Notes: a model not told the origin generated them from the sequence alone. 64,000 nt of DNA from Candidatus Micrarchaeia archaeon (GCA_038871515.1 JAVZHX010000003.1:1-64000), one strand, 5' to 3'. Shown: positions 1 to 10,351, counted from the first letter of the stretch. Made by a program: numbers and translations.

Positions 1-58
1 GTTTGGAGGATAACTAACAATTATTAATTTTTGCAGATAATTAGTATTTGGTGTTTAC

Positions 59-1468
59 ATGAAGGAGCTTGCTAATTTTGCAGTAAACTATGCTGTTGGC
101 AAAGGAGCGGATTACGCTGAGGCAAGAGCGGAGCATTCGGAAGGAACCTCCTTTTCAGTTAAGAATGGTGTTTTACACGCAGCTGGTTTTGAGAGGGAGG
201 AGGGGATTGGGGTGAGGTTGATTATTGGAGGTGCGATGCGCTTCATCTCAACAAACAACCTGAACAAAAAAATAATAAGTGAAATGATAGACAGAGCAGT
301 AAGAAGTGGCAGGAGCTCTCTGAAACTTGCTTCAAAAATAAATTTTGCCAAAGCGCCAAAGGAAGAAGCAAAGTATGAAGTGAAGCAGAGGGTAAGAAGC
401 GCTGACGTTGATTCAAGGGGTAAAATTGAGGAGTTGTTTGAAATTGAAAGGGAGCTGAAGGAAAGCAAGCTCAACATTCCCGCAAGGTTCTTTTCCCTTT
501 CTGACGAAGTTGTTCAGAAGTATTTTGTCAATTCAGAGGGAAGCAGAATTGAATCAACAACTCCCTACGTTGCTTTTCACTCACTTATAACAGTGAGCGA
601 AGCTGCGCAGACAGCACAGAGAAGCATACAGCTGATTGAAACGGGTGGTTGGGAGGTGGTGAAAGGCTGGAATCTTTCTTCAAAAATTGTGGAGGAGGCA
701 AAAGCAGTTTACAACAACTTGAAAAACGGAAAAGCTGCTCCAAAGGAAAAAGTTGACTTGGTTCTAGCGCCAGAGGTGGTTGGGATAGCGATGCACGAAA
801 GCGTTGGACACCCATATGAGGCGGATAGAATAATGGGGAGGGAAGCTGCGCAGGCTGGTGAATCATTTATGACAGCCGAGATGATTGGGGGGAGAATTGC
901 AAAGGAGTTTGTCAGCGTTGTGGATGACCCAACAGTTCCAGGAAGTGCAGGTTACTTCTTGTTTGATGATGAAGGAGTGAAAGCAAGGAGAAAGTATCTT
1001 GTGAAGAATGGCGTTATAAACGAGCTTCTCCACAACAGGGAGACTGCATTCTCCTTGAATGTTGAAAGCAACGGCTCTGCAAGGGCGATGGATTATGCGT
1101 GCGAGCCAATAGTTAGAATGTCAAACACTTTTCTTCTTCCTGGGGAACTTTCTGAGGAGGAGATTATTGAGGATGTTAAATTTGGTGTTTATATGAAAAG
1201 CTTTATGGAGTGGAATATTGATGATAAGAGGGTTAATGAAAGGTATGTTGGATGCGAAGCTTATCTTATAGAAAAGGGCGAGTTAACCCATCCTGTAAAA
1301 AAACCTGTGCTTGAAACAACAACCTTTGATTTCTTCTCCTCAATAGATTCGGTTGGAGATAAAGTTGATTACTACGCTGGCACATGTGGAAAAGGTGAGC
1401 CAATGCAAGGTGTTCCAGTGTGGATGGGAGGGCCGGTGATAAAATTAAAGGGAGTGAAACTTGGGTGA
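59..1468 (+). CDS. tldD: TldD family metalloprotease subunit
   Basis: HESVGHPYEAD (HExxxH) motif, DDEGV, RMSNT and C-terminal CGKGEPMQ; paired with a PmbA-like gene. Confidence 0.92.
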   Translation: MKELANFAVNYAVGKGADYAEARAEHSEGTSFSVKNGVLHAAGFEREEGIGVRLIIGGAMRFISTNNLNKKIISEMIDRAVRSGRSSLKLASKINFAKAPKEEAKYEVKQRVRSADVDSRGKIEELFEIERELKESKLNIPARFFSLSDEVVQKYFVNSEGSRIESTTPYVAFHSLITVSEAAQTAQRSIQLIETGGWEVVKGWNLSSKIVEEAKAVYNNLKNGKAAPKEKVDLVLAPEVVGIAMHESVGHPYEADRIMGREAAQAGESFMTAEMIGGRIAKEFVSVVDDPTVPGSAGYFLFDDEGVKARRKYLVKNGVINELLHNRETAFSLNVESNGSARAMDYACEPIVRMSNTFLLPGELSEEEIIEDVKFGVYMKSFMEWNIDDKRVNERYVGCEAYLIEKGELTHPVKKPVLETTTFDFFSSIDSVGDKVDYYAGTCGKGEPMQGVPVWMGGPVIKLKGVKLG

Positions 1469-2801
1469 GCTGATGGATTTTGATTTGCTTGAGAAAATTG
1501 TTAAAAGAAGTAAGCAGCTTGGGGCAGATGACGTTGTTGCGATTGGAGAGGAGTTCAGAAAATGGCAGGTTAAGTTTGTGAACAATAAAATAGAAACTGG
1601 GATGAGCAGCTATGGAAATGAGATTTCGCTGTTTATTTCAAAGGATAAGAGAGTAAGTATAACTACGATAAAAAATCTTTCAAAGAGGAACATTGAGGAG
1701 TCCATTTCAAAGCTGCTGAGGTTCACAAAGAAAATGCAGCCAAATCCAGAATACTACGGAATTGCATCAGGCCCGTTTAAGTATAAAGTTGTTGAGGGGA
1801 TTTATGACGGCAGAATTGGGAAGCTTGATGAGAGGGCAGTTGATTACGTTGAGGAGGGAATTAACGCTTCTCTTGATGAGGGAGCAACAAGGGCTTCTGG
1901 CGTGCTTAAATATAATATAAAAAGCGAGTTTCTTGTCACTTCAAACAATGTTCAGGCAAGCGAGAGAAGCACAGGAATATACTTTTCAATAAGGGCACTT
2001 GCGGATAAGGATGCATCAGGGCATAAGGTTTGTTGTTCAACTTCCCTAAGCAGTTTTTCAACAGAGAAAGCTGGAAGGGAAGCTGGCAGGATAGCGAAGA
2101 TGGCGCTCAACCCAGTTGCGGGCGATGCTGGGAGGTATGATGTTGTATTTGATTCATACCCATTTGCAAACCTCCTTAATATTGTGATGGATTCTGCTTC
2201 AATTTTTGCAGTTGAGGCAGGTTTCTCATTTCTTGGAGGGAAGTTGAATAAGAAAGTTGCAAGCAGCCTTGTAACGCTTGTTGATAACGGGAGGATGCCG
2301 CGTTGCCTGAGCTCATCAAAATACGATGCTGAGGGAGTTCCAACCAGAAAAAATGTTGTGATTGAAAATGGAGTTCTCAAAACGTATTTGCACAATACAT
2401 CCACTGCTAAGAAGTATGGAGTGAAAACGACTGCAAACGCAGGGTTGCTTGCCCCAAAACCATGGAATGCAATTCTTGAAAGAGGAAAGTGGAGGGAGGA
2501 GGAGCTTTTTAAAGAAGTTAAAAAGGGTTTGTATGTCACAAATCTGTGGTATACAAGATTTCAGAATTATGAGAGGGGGGATTTTTCAACAATACCTAGA
2601 GATGGGATATTTCTCATTGAAAAGGGGGAGATTAAAAAATCTTTGAAGGGAATACGCCTTAGCGATAATATGGTGAGAATGCTCCAGAATGTAGCTGGAA
2701 TTTCAAGGAAGCAGGAGCAGATTGTTGGGTGGGAGGTTGAAATACCTGTGATAACACCCAATGTTCTTGTAAAAGGAGTGCAGGTTACCAAGCCTGATTA
2801 A
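1461..2801 (+). CDS. tldE: TldE/PmbA family protein
   Basis: YDAEGVPT, IENGVLKTYLHN, TTANAG; lacks HExxxH; overlaps tldD. The start may be the ATG a few codons in. Confidence 0.88.
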   Translation: MGELMDFDLLEKIVKRSKQLGADDVVAIGEEFRKWQVKFVNNKIETGMSSYGNEISLFISKDKRVSITTIKNLSKRNIEESISKLLRFTKKMQPNPEYYGIASGPFKYKVVEGIYDGRIGKLDERAVDYVEEGINASLDEGATRASGVLKYNIKSEFLVTSNNVQASERSTGIYFSIRALADKDASGHKVCCSTSLSSFSTEKAGREAGRIAKMALNPVAGDAGRYDVVFDSYPFANLLNIVMDSASIFAVEAGFSFLGGKLNKKVASSLVTLVDNGRMPRCLSSSKYDAEGVPTRKNVVIENGVLKTYLHNTSTAKKYGVKTTANAGLLAPKPWNAILERGKWREEELFKEVKKGLYVTNLWYTRFQNYERGDFSTIPRDGIFLIEKGEIKKSLKGIRLSDNMVRMLQNVAGISRKQEQIVGWEVEIPVITPNVLVKGVQVTKPD

Positions 2802-2859
2802 CCGAACAATGTGGTAAGTAATATTAATCATTTACTTCTAAATAATTGGGGGTGAGAGA

Positions 2860-3756
2860 ATGAGGAAACCTGCAGTGGTGCTTGCTGCTCTGTTCTTTGT
2901 TGCAGCAGTATTGGCAGTTGGAATGGGTAATGGCAATGCGCTTGGCAATGTTGTGAGAAACAGAACAAGGGCGAATATACCTGTAAACCTCACAAACCTC
3001 CCAGTTGCTGCTGTTGTGAGGGCACAGGTGCATCATGTTTTCTTTGCAGGCAGAGGCATTGCGGTTAACCCAGAAAATAAACTTGATTTCAAATACATAC
3101 GGGTGATTACAGGCAGAGTGCTAGTTCCACCAAACAATATAAGCGAGGCATCCAGCACGTCTGCGGATTTGGAGGTAACCTGTGTTAACACAACTGGTGG
3201 AAAAGAAAAATGCTACACTCTTGTAAGGACAGGAATTATCTATCTGGATAATGAAAGGTACACGCTCAGGAACATTGACATTGATGATGAAACCGCAACT
3301 GCAAGTATATACAAAAACGGAACTGAAGTTGGGAGCATCGCAGTTATGAAAGTGAATAAAATGAACACAACAATTTGGGTTGGGACAATTACAATTGATG
3401 GAACAAGTTATTATGCATACATACTTGGGCTTCAGCACAGACTTCAAATAGAGGAGAGAGTTGAGGAGAGAGCTAGAAATTATAAGGCATGCGGGCCGAA
3501 GTTGCCGCAAGTAAATGCAAGCGAGATAGCGAACTGCAAGAAGAATGGTGGAAGAATTTATATAGGAAGAGATGAGGATGGCTGTCCGATGGCACCGGTT
3601 TGCTTGAACGTCACCTGCCCGCAGGTTCCACCCATTTCAGCACAGGCAAGAGTAGCATGCAGAAACAGAGGAGGCACACTTGTTGGCGGAGTTGATGAGA
3701 ACGGTTGCCCAGTTGCGCAGAAGTGCGTGCTGGCAAGTGGGGAGACGGTGGGGTGA
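2860..3756 (+). CDS. Secreted hypothetical protein with two C-terminal Cys-rich repeats
   Basis: Signal peptide; repeats CKKNGGRIYIGRDEDGCP and CRNRGGTLVGGVDENGCP; GGGGTGAG RBS. Confidence 0.75.
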   Translation: MRKPAVVLAALFFVAAVLAVGMGNGNALGNVVRNRTRANIPVNLTNLPVAAVVRAQVHHVFFAGRGIAVNPENKLDFKYIRVITGRVLVPPNNISEASSTSADLEVTCVNTTGGKEKCYTLVRTGIIYLDNERYTLRNIDIDDETATASIYKNGTEVGSIAVMKVNKMNTTIWVGTITIDGTSYYAYILGLQHRLQIEERVEERARNYKACGPKLPQVNASEIANCKKNGGRIYIGRDEDGCPMAPVCLNVTCPQVPPISAQARVACRNRGGTLVGGVDENGCPVAQKCVLASGETVG

Positions 3757-3761
3757 GTGAA

Positions 3762-3980
3762 ATGAGAAAAGCAATACTCATCGCACTGCTTCTAATTGCA
3801 GCTTTTATTTTTGGCTGCGCACAGAAAGCAGAGCAACCTCCGCAGCAGGAGCAGCCTGAGCAACCAAAAGTTACAACACCAATTGAGGATATTGCGGCAA
3901 ATGAACTTGAGAAGGAAATGCCGGCTGGCGAGGAGAATTTCACAGAGCTTGATGAACTGCTTGTGAACTCTGCTGTTTAA
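3762..3980 (+). CDS. Small lipoprotein
   Basis: ATG 3762 gives MRKAILIALLLIAAFIFGC (lipobox-like) followed by a Pro/Gln/Glu-rich tail. Confidence 0.7.
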   Translation: MRKAILIALLLIAAFIFGCAQKAEQPPQQEQPEQPKVTTPIEDIAANELEKEMPAGEENFTELDELLVNSAV

Positions 3981-4059
3981 TTTTTCATTTTTTATATTAA
4001 GTTCATTTTTGGAAAGTGTGCAAAAGCTATTTAAATTTTCTCAAATTAAATTGAGTTGT

Positions 4060-4608
4060 ATGATTGAGATAAAGTTTTGGGGAAGAGGTGGGCAGGGAGC
4101 TGTCACTGCTGCTGAACTTCTTGCTGTTGCCGCTTCATACAGAAAACCTGAGGAGGGTGGGAAGTACGCTCAGGCATTCCCATTCTTTGGTGTTGAGAGA
4201 AGAGGTGCACCTGTGAAAAGCTTTTGCATGATAGATGATAAACCAATAAGGGTGCACCAGCAGGTTTATTCACCAGATTATGTGGTTATACTTGATGCAT
4301 CCCTTATAGGAAGGCCGGATATACTTGAGGGGTTAAAAAAGAATGGAACGGTTATTGTGAATACAGGCAAACCAAAAAGTCAACTTAAGTTAAAAGCAAA
4401 AAATCTTTACGTTGTTGACGCAACCGGAATTGCGCTTAAACATATAGGAAGGCCTATTGTGAACACAGCAATGCTTGGAGCGTTTGTGAAAGTTACAAAC
4501 ATAGTTCCACTTGAGCCTTTGAAGGAGGCAATAAAGGAGAGGTTCCCTCCAGAGCTTGCTGAGAAGAATATAAAGGCAATTGAAGAATGTTATAATGAAA
4601 CGAAGTGA
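4060..4608 (+). CDS. porG: Pyruvate/2-oxoacid:ferredoxin oxidoreductase gamma subunit
   Basis: MIEIKFWGRGGQGAVT, FGVERRGAPV, NTAMLGA; start moved to ATG 4060. Confidence 0.93.
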   Translation: MIEIKFWGRGGQGAVTAAELLAVAASYRKPEEGGKYAQAFPFFGVERRGAPVKSFCMIDDKPIRVHQQVYSPDYVVILDASLIGRPDILEGLKKNGTVIVNTGKPKSQLKLKAKNLYVVDATGIALKHIGRPIVNTAMLGAFVKVTNIVPLEPLKEAIKERFPPELAEKNIKAIEECYNETK

Positions 4609-4882
4609 TTTTATGAAACCGCCAATTGCAAACCCAAGGAGCAGCAGAGAAAATAAGACTGGTGATTGGAGGTCTTTCAAGCCAGTTGTCCATAATGACA
4701 AATGTATAAAATGCGGGACGTGCGCAAGCTACTGCCCAGAGGGGTGTATAAGTGGAGTTGACAAACCAAATATTCAGGAGAGGGAGTTTCCAAAAATTGA
4801 TTATGATTATTGCAAAGGATGTGGGATATGTGCAAATGAATGCCCAAAGAAAGCAATTGAAATGGTGCAGGAGGAGAAGTAG
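4595..4882 (+). CDS. porD: Pyruvate/2-oxoacid:ferredoxin oxidoreductase delta subunit (2x[4Fe-4S])
   Basis: KTGDWRSFKP, CIKCGTCASYCP, YCKGCGICANECP; exact start uncertain. Confidence 0.92.
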   Translation: MKRSDFMKPPIANPRSSRENKTGDWRSFKPVVHNDKCIKCGTCASYCPEGCISGVDKPNIQEREFPKIDYDYCKGCGICANECPKKAIEMVQEEK

Positions 4883-6016
4883 ATGAGAAAAACTGTTGAA
4901 GCTTCAATTGCAGTTGCAGAAGCAGTGAAGAACTGCGAGCCAGATGTAGTTGCATGCTACCCAATAACACCTTCAACTCACATAGCAGAAACTCTTGCGC
5001 AGTTCTACGCAGATGGGGAGCTGAAAAGCTATATTGCAACTGAATCTGAGTTTGCTTCAATTTCGTGCATCTGCGGTGCTTCTGCAGCAGGCGGTAGAGC
5101 TTTCACAGCGACAAGCAGCCAGGGGTTAGCTTTGATGCACGAGGTTGTTTATGCAGCTGCAGGTATGAGGTTGCCAATTGTTATGGTTGTTGGGAACAGA
5201 GCGTTGAGCGCTCCTCTGAATATATGGTGCGACCATCAGGATTCAATTGCAGAGAGAGATTCGGGATGGATTCAGCTTTACTGCGAGAGCTCCCAGGAGG
5301 GAGTTGACACGGCAATTCAAGCGTTCAAAATTGCGGAAAGCGTTATGCTTCCAACAATGGTCTGCATAGATGGTTTCTATTTAACTCACACAGTTGAGCC
5401 AATTGACATACCAACAAAAGAAGAAATTAGAAAATTCCTTCCAAAATACCAGCCAAAGCTGAAGCTTGACCCAGAGAACCCAATCAGCATGGGTGAGTAT
5501 GCGCTTCCCTCAGATTATCAGAGTTTTAGGGAGGATGTTCACAAGGATAACTTGGCTGCTAAAAGCAAGATAATTGAAGTTGATAAGGAGTTTGAGCAGA
5601 TGTTTGGAAGAGGTTATGGGGGGGTTGCGCAGGGGTATAAACATGAGGATGCGGATTATATATTCCTCGCGATGGGAAGCGTGATTGGGAATGCGAAGGA
5701 GGCGGTTGATGAGCTCAGAGCAAAGGGTAAGAAGGTTGGCGTTGTAAAAATAAGGAGCTTCAGGCCGTTCCCAGAGGAGGAAGTAAGAAAGCTGCTTGAG
5801 GGGAAGAAGCACATTGCTGTTTTTGAAAAATCATACAGCATGGGAAGCTTTGCGCCTGTTTACGCAGATGTGATTAACTCACTGTATCCTTTGAAGAAAA
5901 AACCTGTTGTTTCAAGCTTCATAGGTGGTTTGGGAGGGAAGGATGTTCCAGTTAAAGATGTAATTGAAATATTCAAAAAAATAAGGAAAAAGGAGTCATT
6001 TAGAATATGGGTTTGA
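4883..6016 (+). CDS. porA: Pyruvate/2-oxoacid:ferredoxin oxidoreductase alpha subunit
   Basis: YPITPST, ESEF, ATSSQGLALMHE, NRALSAPLNIW. Confidence 0.94.
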   Translation: MRKTVEASIAVAEAVKNCEPDVVACYPITPSTHIAETLAQFYADGELKSYIATESEFASISCICGASAAGGRAFTATSSQGLALMHEVVYAAAGMRLPIVMVVGNRALSAPLNIWCDHQDSIAERDSGWIQLYCESSQEGVDTAIQAFKIAESVMLPTMVCIDGFYLTHTVEPIDIPTKEEIRKFLPKYQPKLKLDPENPISMGEYALPSDYQSFREDVHKDNLAAKSKIIEVDKEFEQMFGRGYGGVAQGYKHEDADYIFLAMGSVIGNAKEAVDELRAKGKKVGVVKIRSFRPFPEEEVRKLLEGKKHIAVFEKSYSMGSFAPVYADVINSLYPLKKKPVVSSFIGGLGGKDVPVKDVIEIFKKIRKKESFRIWV

Positions 6017-6019
6017 GGT

Positions 6020-6877
6020 GTGTTAATGGAGGAGTATTTCTCACCTGGTCACACCGCTTGTGCGGGCTGCGGGATGCCAATTGCTGTGAGGCATGCGCTG
6101 AATGTTTTAGGCAAAGATATAATAGTTGTGAATGCAACAAGCTGCCTTGAAATTGTTTCATCAGCCTACCCAAGGAGCGCTTGGGGAGTTCCTTACGTTC
6201 ATTCTCTTTTTGAAAACTCTGCTGCAATAGCTGCAGGTGCGGTTGCATCCCTAAGGGCGCAGGGAAACACCCACACAAAGGTTGTTGTTATCTCAGGGGA
6301 TGGCTCAACATACGATATTGGGTTTGGGGTTCTTTCAGGAATGCTTGAGAGGAATGATGATGTTCTGTATATCTGCTATGATAACGAGGCGTATATGAAT
6401 ACGGGTAATCAGAGAAGTGGTTCAACTCCTTTTGGAGCTGCAACAACCACAAGCCCTGCAGGAAAGGTGAAGCATGGGAAGATGCAGTGGAAGAAGCCAA
6501 TTGCAGAAATTGCAGCTGCCCACAGAATACCGTATGTTGCAACCGCAAGCATTGGCTACATGGCTGATTTTGAGAATAAAGTTAGGAAAGCAAAGGAGAT
6601 GAAGGGAGCGAGGTTTATCGTTGTGCTCTCCCCGTGCGTGACTGGGTGGAATTATGATTCTGCGAAAACAATTGAGATTGCAAAGCTTGCTGTTGACACT
6701 GGTTTGTGGGTTCTTTATGAAATTGAGAATGGGAAGAGAACGATAACCTACAAACCGCAGCAGTTCAAGCCAATTGCGGATTACCTTAGAATGCAGAGAA
6801 GGTTTAAGCATCTGAGCGAGGAGGAAGTGAAGCTGATACAGGAGAACATAAACAGAATGTGGGTTGAGATGAAGTAA
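6020..6877 (+). CDS. porB: Pyruvate/2-oxoacid:ferredoxin oxidoreductase beta subunit
   Basis: GHTACAGCG, TPP-binding GDG...DNEAYMNTGNQRSGSTP, SPCVTGW. Confidence 0.94.
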   Translation: MLMEEYFSPGHTACAGCGMPIAVRHALNVLGKDIIVVNATSCLEIVSSAYPRSAWGVPYVHSLFENSAAIAAGAVASLRAQGNTHTKVVVISGDGSTYDIGFGVLSGMLERNDDVLYICYDNEAYMNTGNQRSGSTPFGAATTTSPAGKVKHGKMQWKKPIAEIAAAHRIPYVATASIGYMADFENKVRKAKEMKGARFIVVLSPCVTGWNYDSAKTIEIAKLAVDTGLWVLYEIENGKRTITYKPQQFKPIADYLRMQRRFKHLSEEEVKLIQENINRMWVEMK

Positions 6878-6919
6878 CTGCTTCTGGAAAAGATTTTAAA
6901 AAACTTCATTATATAAGTA

Positions 6920-7858
6920 GTGGGAGGTGAAACTGTGCAACATCTTCTTACACTGAAAGAATTGGATGGGAAGCAGATTGAGAATTTGATTGATAAGGCA
7001 ATTGAAGTTAAGAAGAATCAGAAGAAGTGGAGCAATTCTTTAGAGGATAAAACGCTTGCGATGGTGTTTCAGAAAACATCAACGAGAACAAGGGTTTCTT
7101 TTGAGGTTGGTATGACTCAGCTTGGGGGGCATGCAATCTATTTGGATTGGAGAACAACGCAGTTCACAATTTCTGATATACGGGATGAGACAAAATGCCT
7201 GTCAAGGTTTGTGGATATAATAATGGCAAGGGTGCTGAAGCATGAGGATTTGCAGAAAATGGCTTCTGCCTCAGAGGTGCCTGTGATAAATGGTTTATGC
7301 GAGAAGTATCATCCATGCCAGTCGCTGGGGGATTTGATGACAATAAAGGAGCATAAGGGGAAGCTGAAAGGTTTGAAGGTTGTTTACTTGGGAATTGGAA
7401 ACAATGTGAGCAACACGCTGAGTTTGGGTTGCGTGAGAACTGGGATGCGCTTCACTTTATGCGTGCCTGAGATGGATCCGCTGTGCATTGATAATGAACT
7501 GCTTAACGAAGTAAGGAGAAGTGGTTTATATGAGGAGGAGAAAGACCCGAAAAAAGCAGTGAAGGATGCAGACGTTGTTTACACAGACACGTGGGTGAAT
7601 ATGGAGTTTTTCACAGACCCCAAGTTTGAGAAGGAGAAGGAGAGAAGAATTAAAACATGCATGCCTTACCAGTTGAACAGGAAGCTTGTTGAGGGAACAG
7701 ATGCATTGATAATGCATGATATGCCAATTCACAGAGGTTATGAGATAGATGAGTGGTCCATTTACTCGCCAAATTCAATTATATTTGACCAGGCGGAGAA
7801 TAGACTGCATATACAGAAAGCAATTATGCTGTGGCTGCTTGGCAAGATAAGGGTTTGA
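6920..7858 (+). CDS. argF: Ornithine carbamoyltransferase (HDMP variant)
   Basis: STRTRVSFE, HPCQ, QAENRLH; HDMP in place of HCLP. Confidence 0.85.
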   Translation: MGGETVQHLLTLKELDGKQIENLIDKAIEVKKNQKKWSNSLEDKTLAMVFQKTSTRTRVSFEVGMTQLGGHAIYLDWRTTQFTISDIRDETKCLSRFVDIIMARVLKHEDLQKMASASEVPVINGLCEKYHPCQSLGDLMTIKEHKGKLKGLKVVYLGIGNNVSNTLSLGCVRTGMRFTLCVPEMDPLCIDNELLNEVRRSGLYEEEKDPKKAVKDADVVYTDTWVNMEFFTDPKFEKEKERRIKTCMPYQLNRKLVEGTDALIMHDMPIHRGYEIDEWSIYSPNSIIFDQAENRLHIQKAIMLWLLGKIRV

Positions 7859-7859
7859 G

Positions 7860-8846
7860 ATGAAGGCGCTTGTTCTGCTTTCTGGTGGTTTGGACAGCAG
7901 GCTAGCTGTGAAGCTGATGCAGGAGCAGGGAGCAGTTGAAGCAGTGCACTTCAAGCTTCCTTTTGAAGGGTGCTGTTTCAGTGAATGCGCTTTCAGGTTT
8001 GCGCAGAGCGAAGGGGTGAAGCTGCATATAGTTGATATGGCAAAAGGAAAACTGTTTCAGGAGTATATGAAAATAGTAAGAAAACCTCGCTTTGGTTATG
8101 GAAGTGGTATGAACCCATGCATTGACTGCAGAGTTATGATGCTGAGAGAAGCTAGAGAATTAGCGAAGAAAATTAAAGCGGATTGCGTAGTAACTGGCGA
8201 AGTTTTAGGCGAGAGGCCGATGTCTCAAACAAGAAGGGCGCTTGAGCTAATTGAAAGGGAAAGTGGTTTGCAGGGGAGGATACTGAGACCGCTTTCAGCA
8301 AAGCTGCTTCCTGAAACAGATGCGGAAAGAAAGGGGTTGGTTAAGAGGGAGAAGTTTTACTCAATAAGTGGAAGGAGAAGAAAACCTCAGCTGGAGCTGG
8401 CAGAGAAGTTCAAGTTGAGAAACTTCCCAACTCCTGGGGGAGGCTGCTTATTATGTGAGATGGAGTTTGCGAGGAAGCTTGCTGATTTGTTCAGAAATAA
8501 AAAAAGAATAAGTTTCAGGGATGTGCAGCTCCTTAAACTTGGAAGGCATTTCCGAATTGGTGGAAGCAAGATAGTTGTTGGGAGAAATGAAAGAGAAAAT
8601 AATCTATTGATGAAAATGAAGGGAAGAAGCGATTATATGTTTGAAGTGCCTGACTGTGGAAGCCCAACGACAATTCTGCAAGGGATGAAAAGCAAAGGAG
8701 CTGTGAAGCTTGCTGGGGAGCTGACTGCTGCTTACTCGGATTGCAAAGAGAGGAGAGTTGCTGTGAAGTACGGAAAAAACAGATTTAGCAGGAAGGTTGT
8801 TGTCGAGAAAATTCCCTTAAAGGAATTTGAGAAATTCAGAGTTTAG
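7860..8846 (+). CDS. ThiI/MnmA-like PP-loop tRNA thiolation enzyme
   Basis: SGGLDS PP-loop, NPCIDCR, TGEVLGERPMSQ, GGGCLL, GRHFR. Confidence 0.82.
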   Translation: MKALVLLSGGLDSRLAVKLMQEQGAVEAVHFKLPFEGCCFSECAFRFAQSEGVKLHIVDMAKGKLFQEYMKIVRKPRFGYGSGMNPCIDCRVMMLREARELAKKIKADCVVTGEVLGERPMSQTRRALELIERESGLQGRILRPLSAKLLPETDAERKGLVKREKFYSISGRRRKPQLELAEKFKLRNFPTPGGGCLLCEMEFARKLADLFRNKKRISFRDVQLLKLGRHFRIGGSKIVVGRNERENNLLMKMKGRSDYMFEVPDCGSPTTILQGMKSKGAVKLAGELTAAYSDCKERRVAVKYGKNRFSRKVVVEKIPLKEFEKFRV

Positions 8847-8888
8847 ATTATAATTGTGGAGTTGTTGAATTAACTGTGAAATAAAAAA

Positions 8889-9653
8889 TTAGCTTCCATA
8901 CATCTTTTGTAGGCCGACTATGTCTGCCTGCTCCAGTGTTCTCTTCTGAGTTTCACCCTCGGTAGAGTAGCCGTACATTGTTACTGCGGAGCACATTGTA
9001 GAGTAGACATCATTAAGGCCAACGCCGTGCCCCAACTCATGCGTTGCTATGTTCTCCAAGTCCATTACAACGGGGTTTGAAGTTGCATCACCCCAATTGA
9101 ATCGTGTGTTGAATAGAATATCAAATTCCACTATCTTCTTGGTTCTGCGGTTATACCAAATTGAAGTTACTGCGATTACATTGTCGTTCGGGTAATCCCC
9201 GAAAGCAACAGTATTTTTAGAGTCCAGAACCCCATACTGCGCACTGCTGTCTATCATATAAACATTATTAAAGAGCTCACTACTTGTTGCACCATCCCAA
9301 GTCTCTGCAGAAGCAGATACCGCACCAGTTACAAAACCTTCGTCTAACCCCTCAGGATTGGTTGGGTTTATCACATAAGTAACGGGTAGTGAATTCCACT
9401 TAACGCCAAGCAGTTTGTAGCAACCTTCTGTCTTTGGTGGCTTTCCCTCATTTGGTGGCTTTGCATAATGGATGAAATCAACTCTCTCAAGCTCCCAATT
9501 ATCTCCTATCACGGGAGATTTTTCTGGTGCTTTTGCATTCTCTTTTGCATTGTCATTCGCAGGAATTATCATTGAAGCAGATACTAATGTTAATAGAAGT
9601 GTCATCACCAAAAACCAGATAGTTAGATTTTTCACTTTCATTTTAACCACCAT
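8889..9653 (-). CDS. Secreted matrixin-like (metzincin) metalloprotease
   Basis: Signal peptide; HELGHGVGLND zinc motif and Met-turn AVTMYG. Confidence 0.85.
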   Translation of the reverse strand: MVVKMKVKNLTIWFLVMTLLLTLVSASMIIPANDNAKENAKAPEKSPVIGDNWELERVDFIHYAKPPNEGKPPKTEGCYKLLGVKWNSLPVTYVINPTNPEGLDEGFVTGAVSASAETWDGATSSELFNNVYMIDSSAQYGVLDSKNTVAFGDYPNDNVIAVTSIWYNRRTKKIVEFDILFNTRFNWGDATSNPVVMDLENIATHELGHGVGLNDVYSTMCSAVTMYGYSTEGETQKRTLEQADIVGLQKMYGS

Positions 9654-9684
9654 TTTAATAGTTTAGGAGAATATTTAAGCTTTC

Positions 9685-10320
9685 TTAAATTATTCCAATC
9701 AACTCATCAATTTTTTTGATTATATAATCTGGTTTTGAGGGTTTCAATCTTTCAAGAGAATGTGCTCCCCAGGTAACCGCAGCTGTTTTCACCCCAGCAT
9801 TCCTTCCCGCCTCAACATCCTCAATCATGTCCCCAACGTATAACGCAACTGAATTCGTAACTCCCATTATTTTCAGTGCTTCCAAAACTCCTTTCGGGTT
9901 TGGCTTGAACTCCTTAACCTCATCATCAGTTATAACTGCGTCAAAGTATTCGTAAATTCCATTCTTCCTCATCTCCTTCTTTATTCTCCCCCCTGTCCCA
10001 TTTGAAACAACAGCTAGTTTTAACTTCATTTTTTTAAGTTTCTTGAGCATTTCCATAACCCCTGGGAAGAGGTGAAGCTTCTCCTCCATCTCGTGAAACC
10101 GTTTTAACCATAGATTATCAACCTCTTCCCACTTGCTTTCAGGTATCCCATGCATTGCATAGTATTTGTGGTAATCAACTATGAATGTGTTTTTGAAGTA
10201 ATCAGAGCTCAAATTCAAATTCGCGTATTTTTTGAAAAGCTCCTGGTAAATTTTGAAGGATGCGCCTATTGAATCGTAAAGCGTTCCATCCCAGTCAAAC
10301 AGAACTGCTCTGAACTGCAT
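9685..10320 (-). CDS. HAD-superfamily phosphatase (phosphoglycolate phosphatase/PpaX-like)
   Basis: FDWDGTL, VVSN, KPNP, YVGD...D motifs. Confidence 0.9.
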   Translation of the reverse strand: MQFRAVLFDWDGTLYDSIGASFKIYQELFKKYANLNLSSDYFKNTFIVDYHKYYAMHGIPESKWEEVDNLWLKRFHEMEEKLHLFPGVMEMLKKLKKMKLKLAVVSNGTGGRIKKEMRKNGIYEYFDAVITDDEVKEFKPNPKGVLEALKIMGVTNSVALYVGDMIEDVEAGRNAGVKTAAVTWGAHSLERLKPSKPDYIIKKIDELIGII

Positions 10321-10351
10321 AAGAGTTTTTAAGGAGATGGTATTATAAAAT

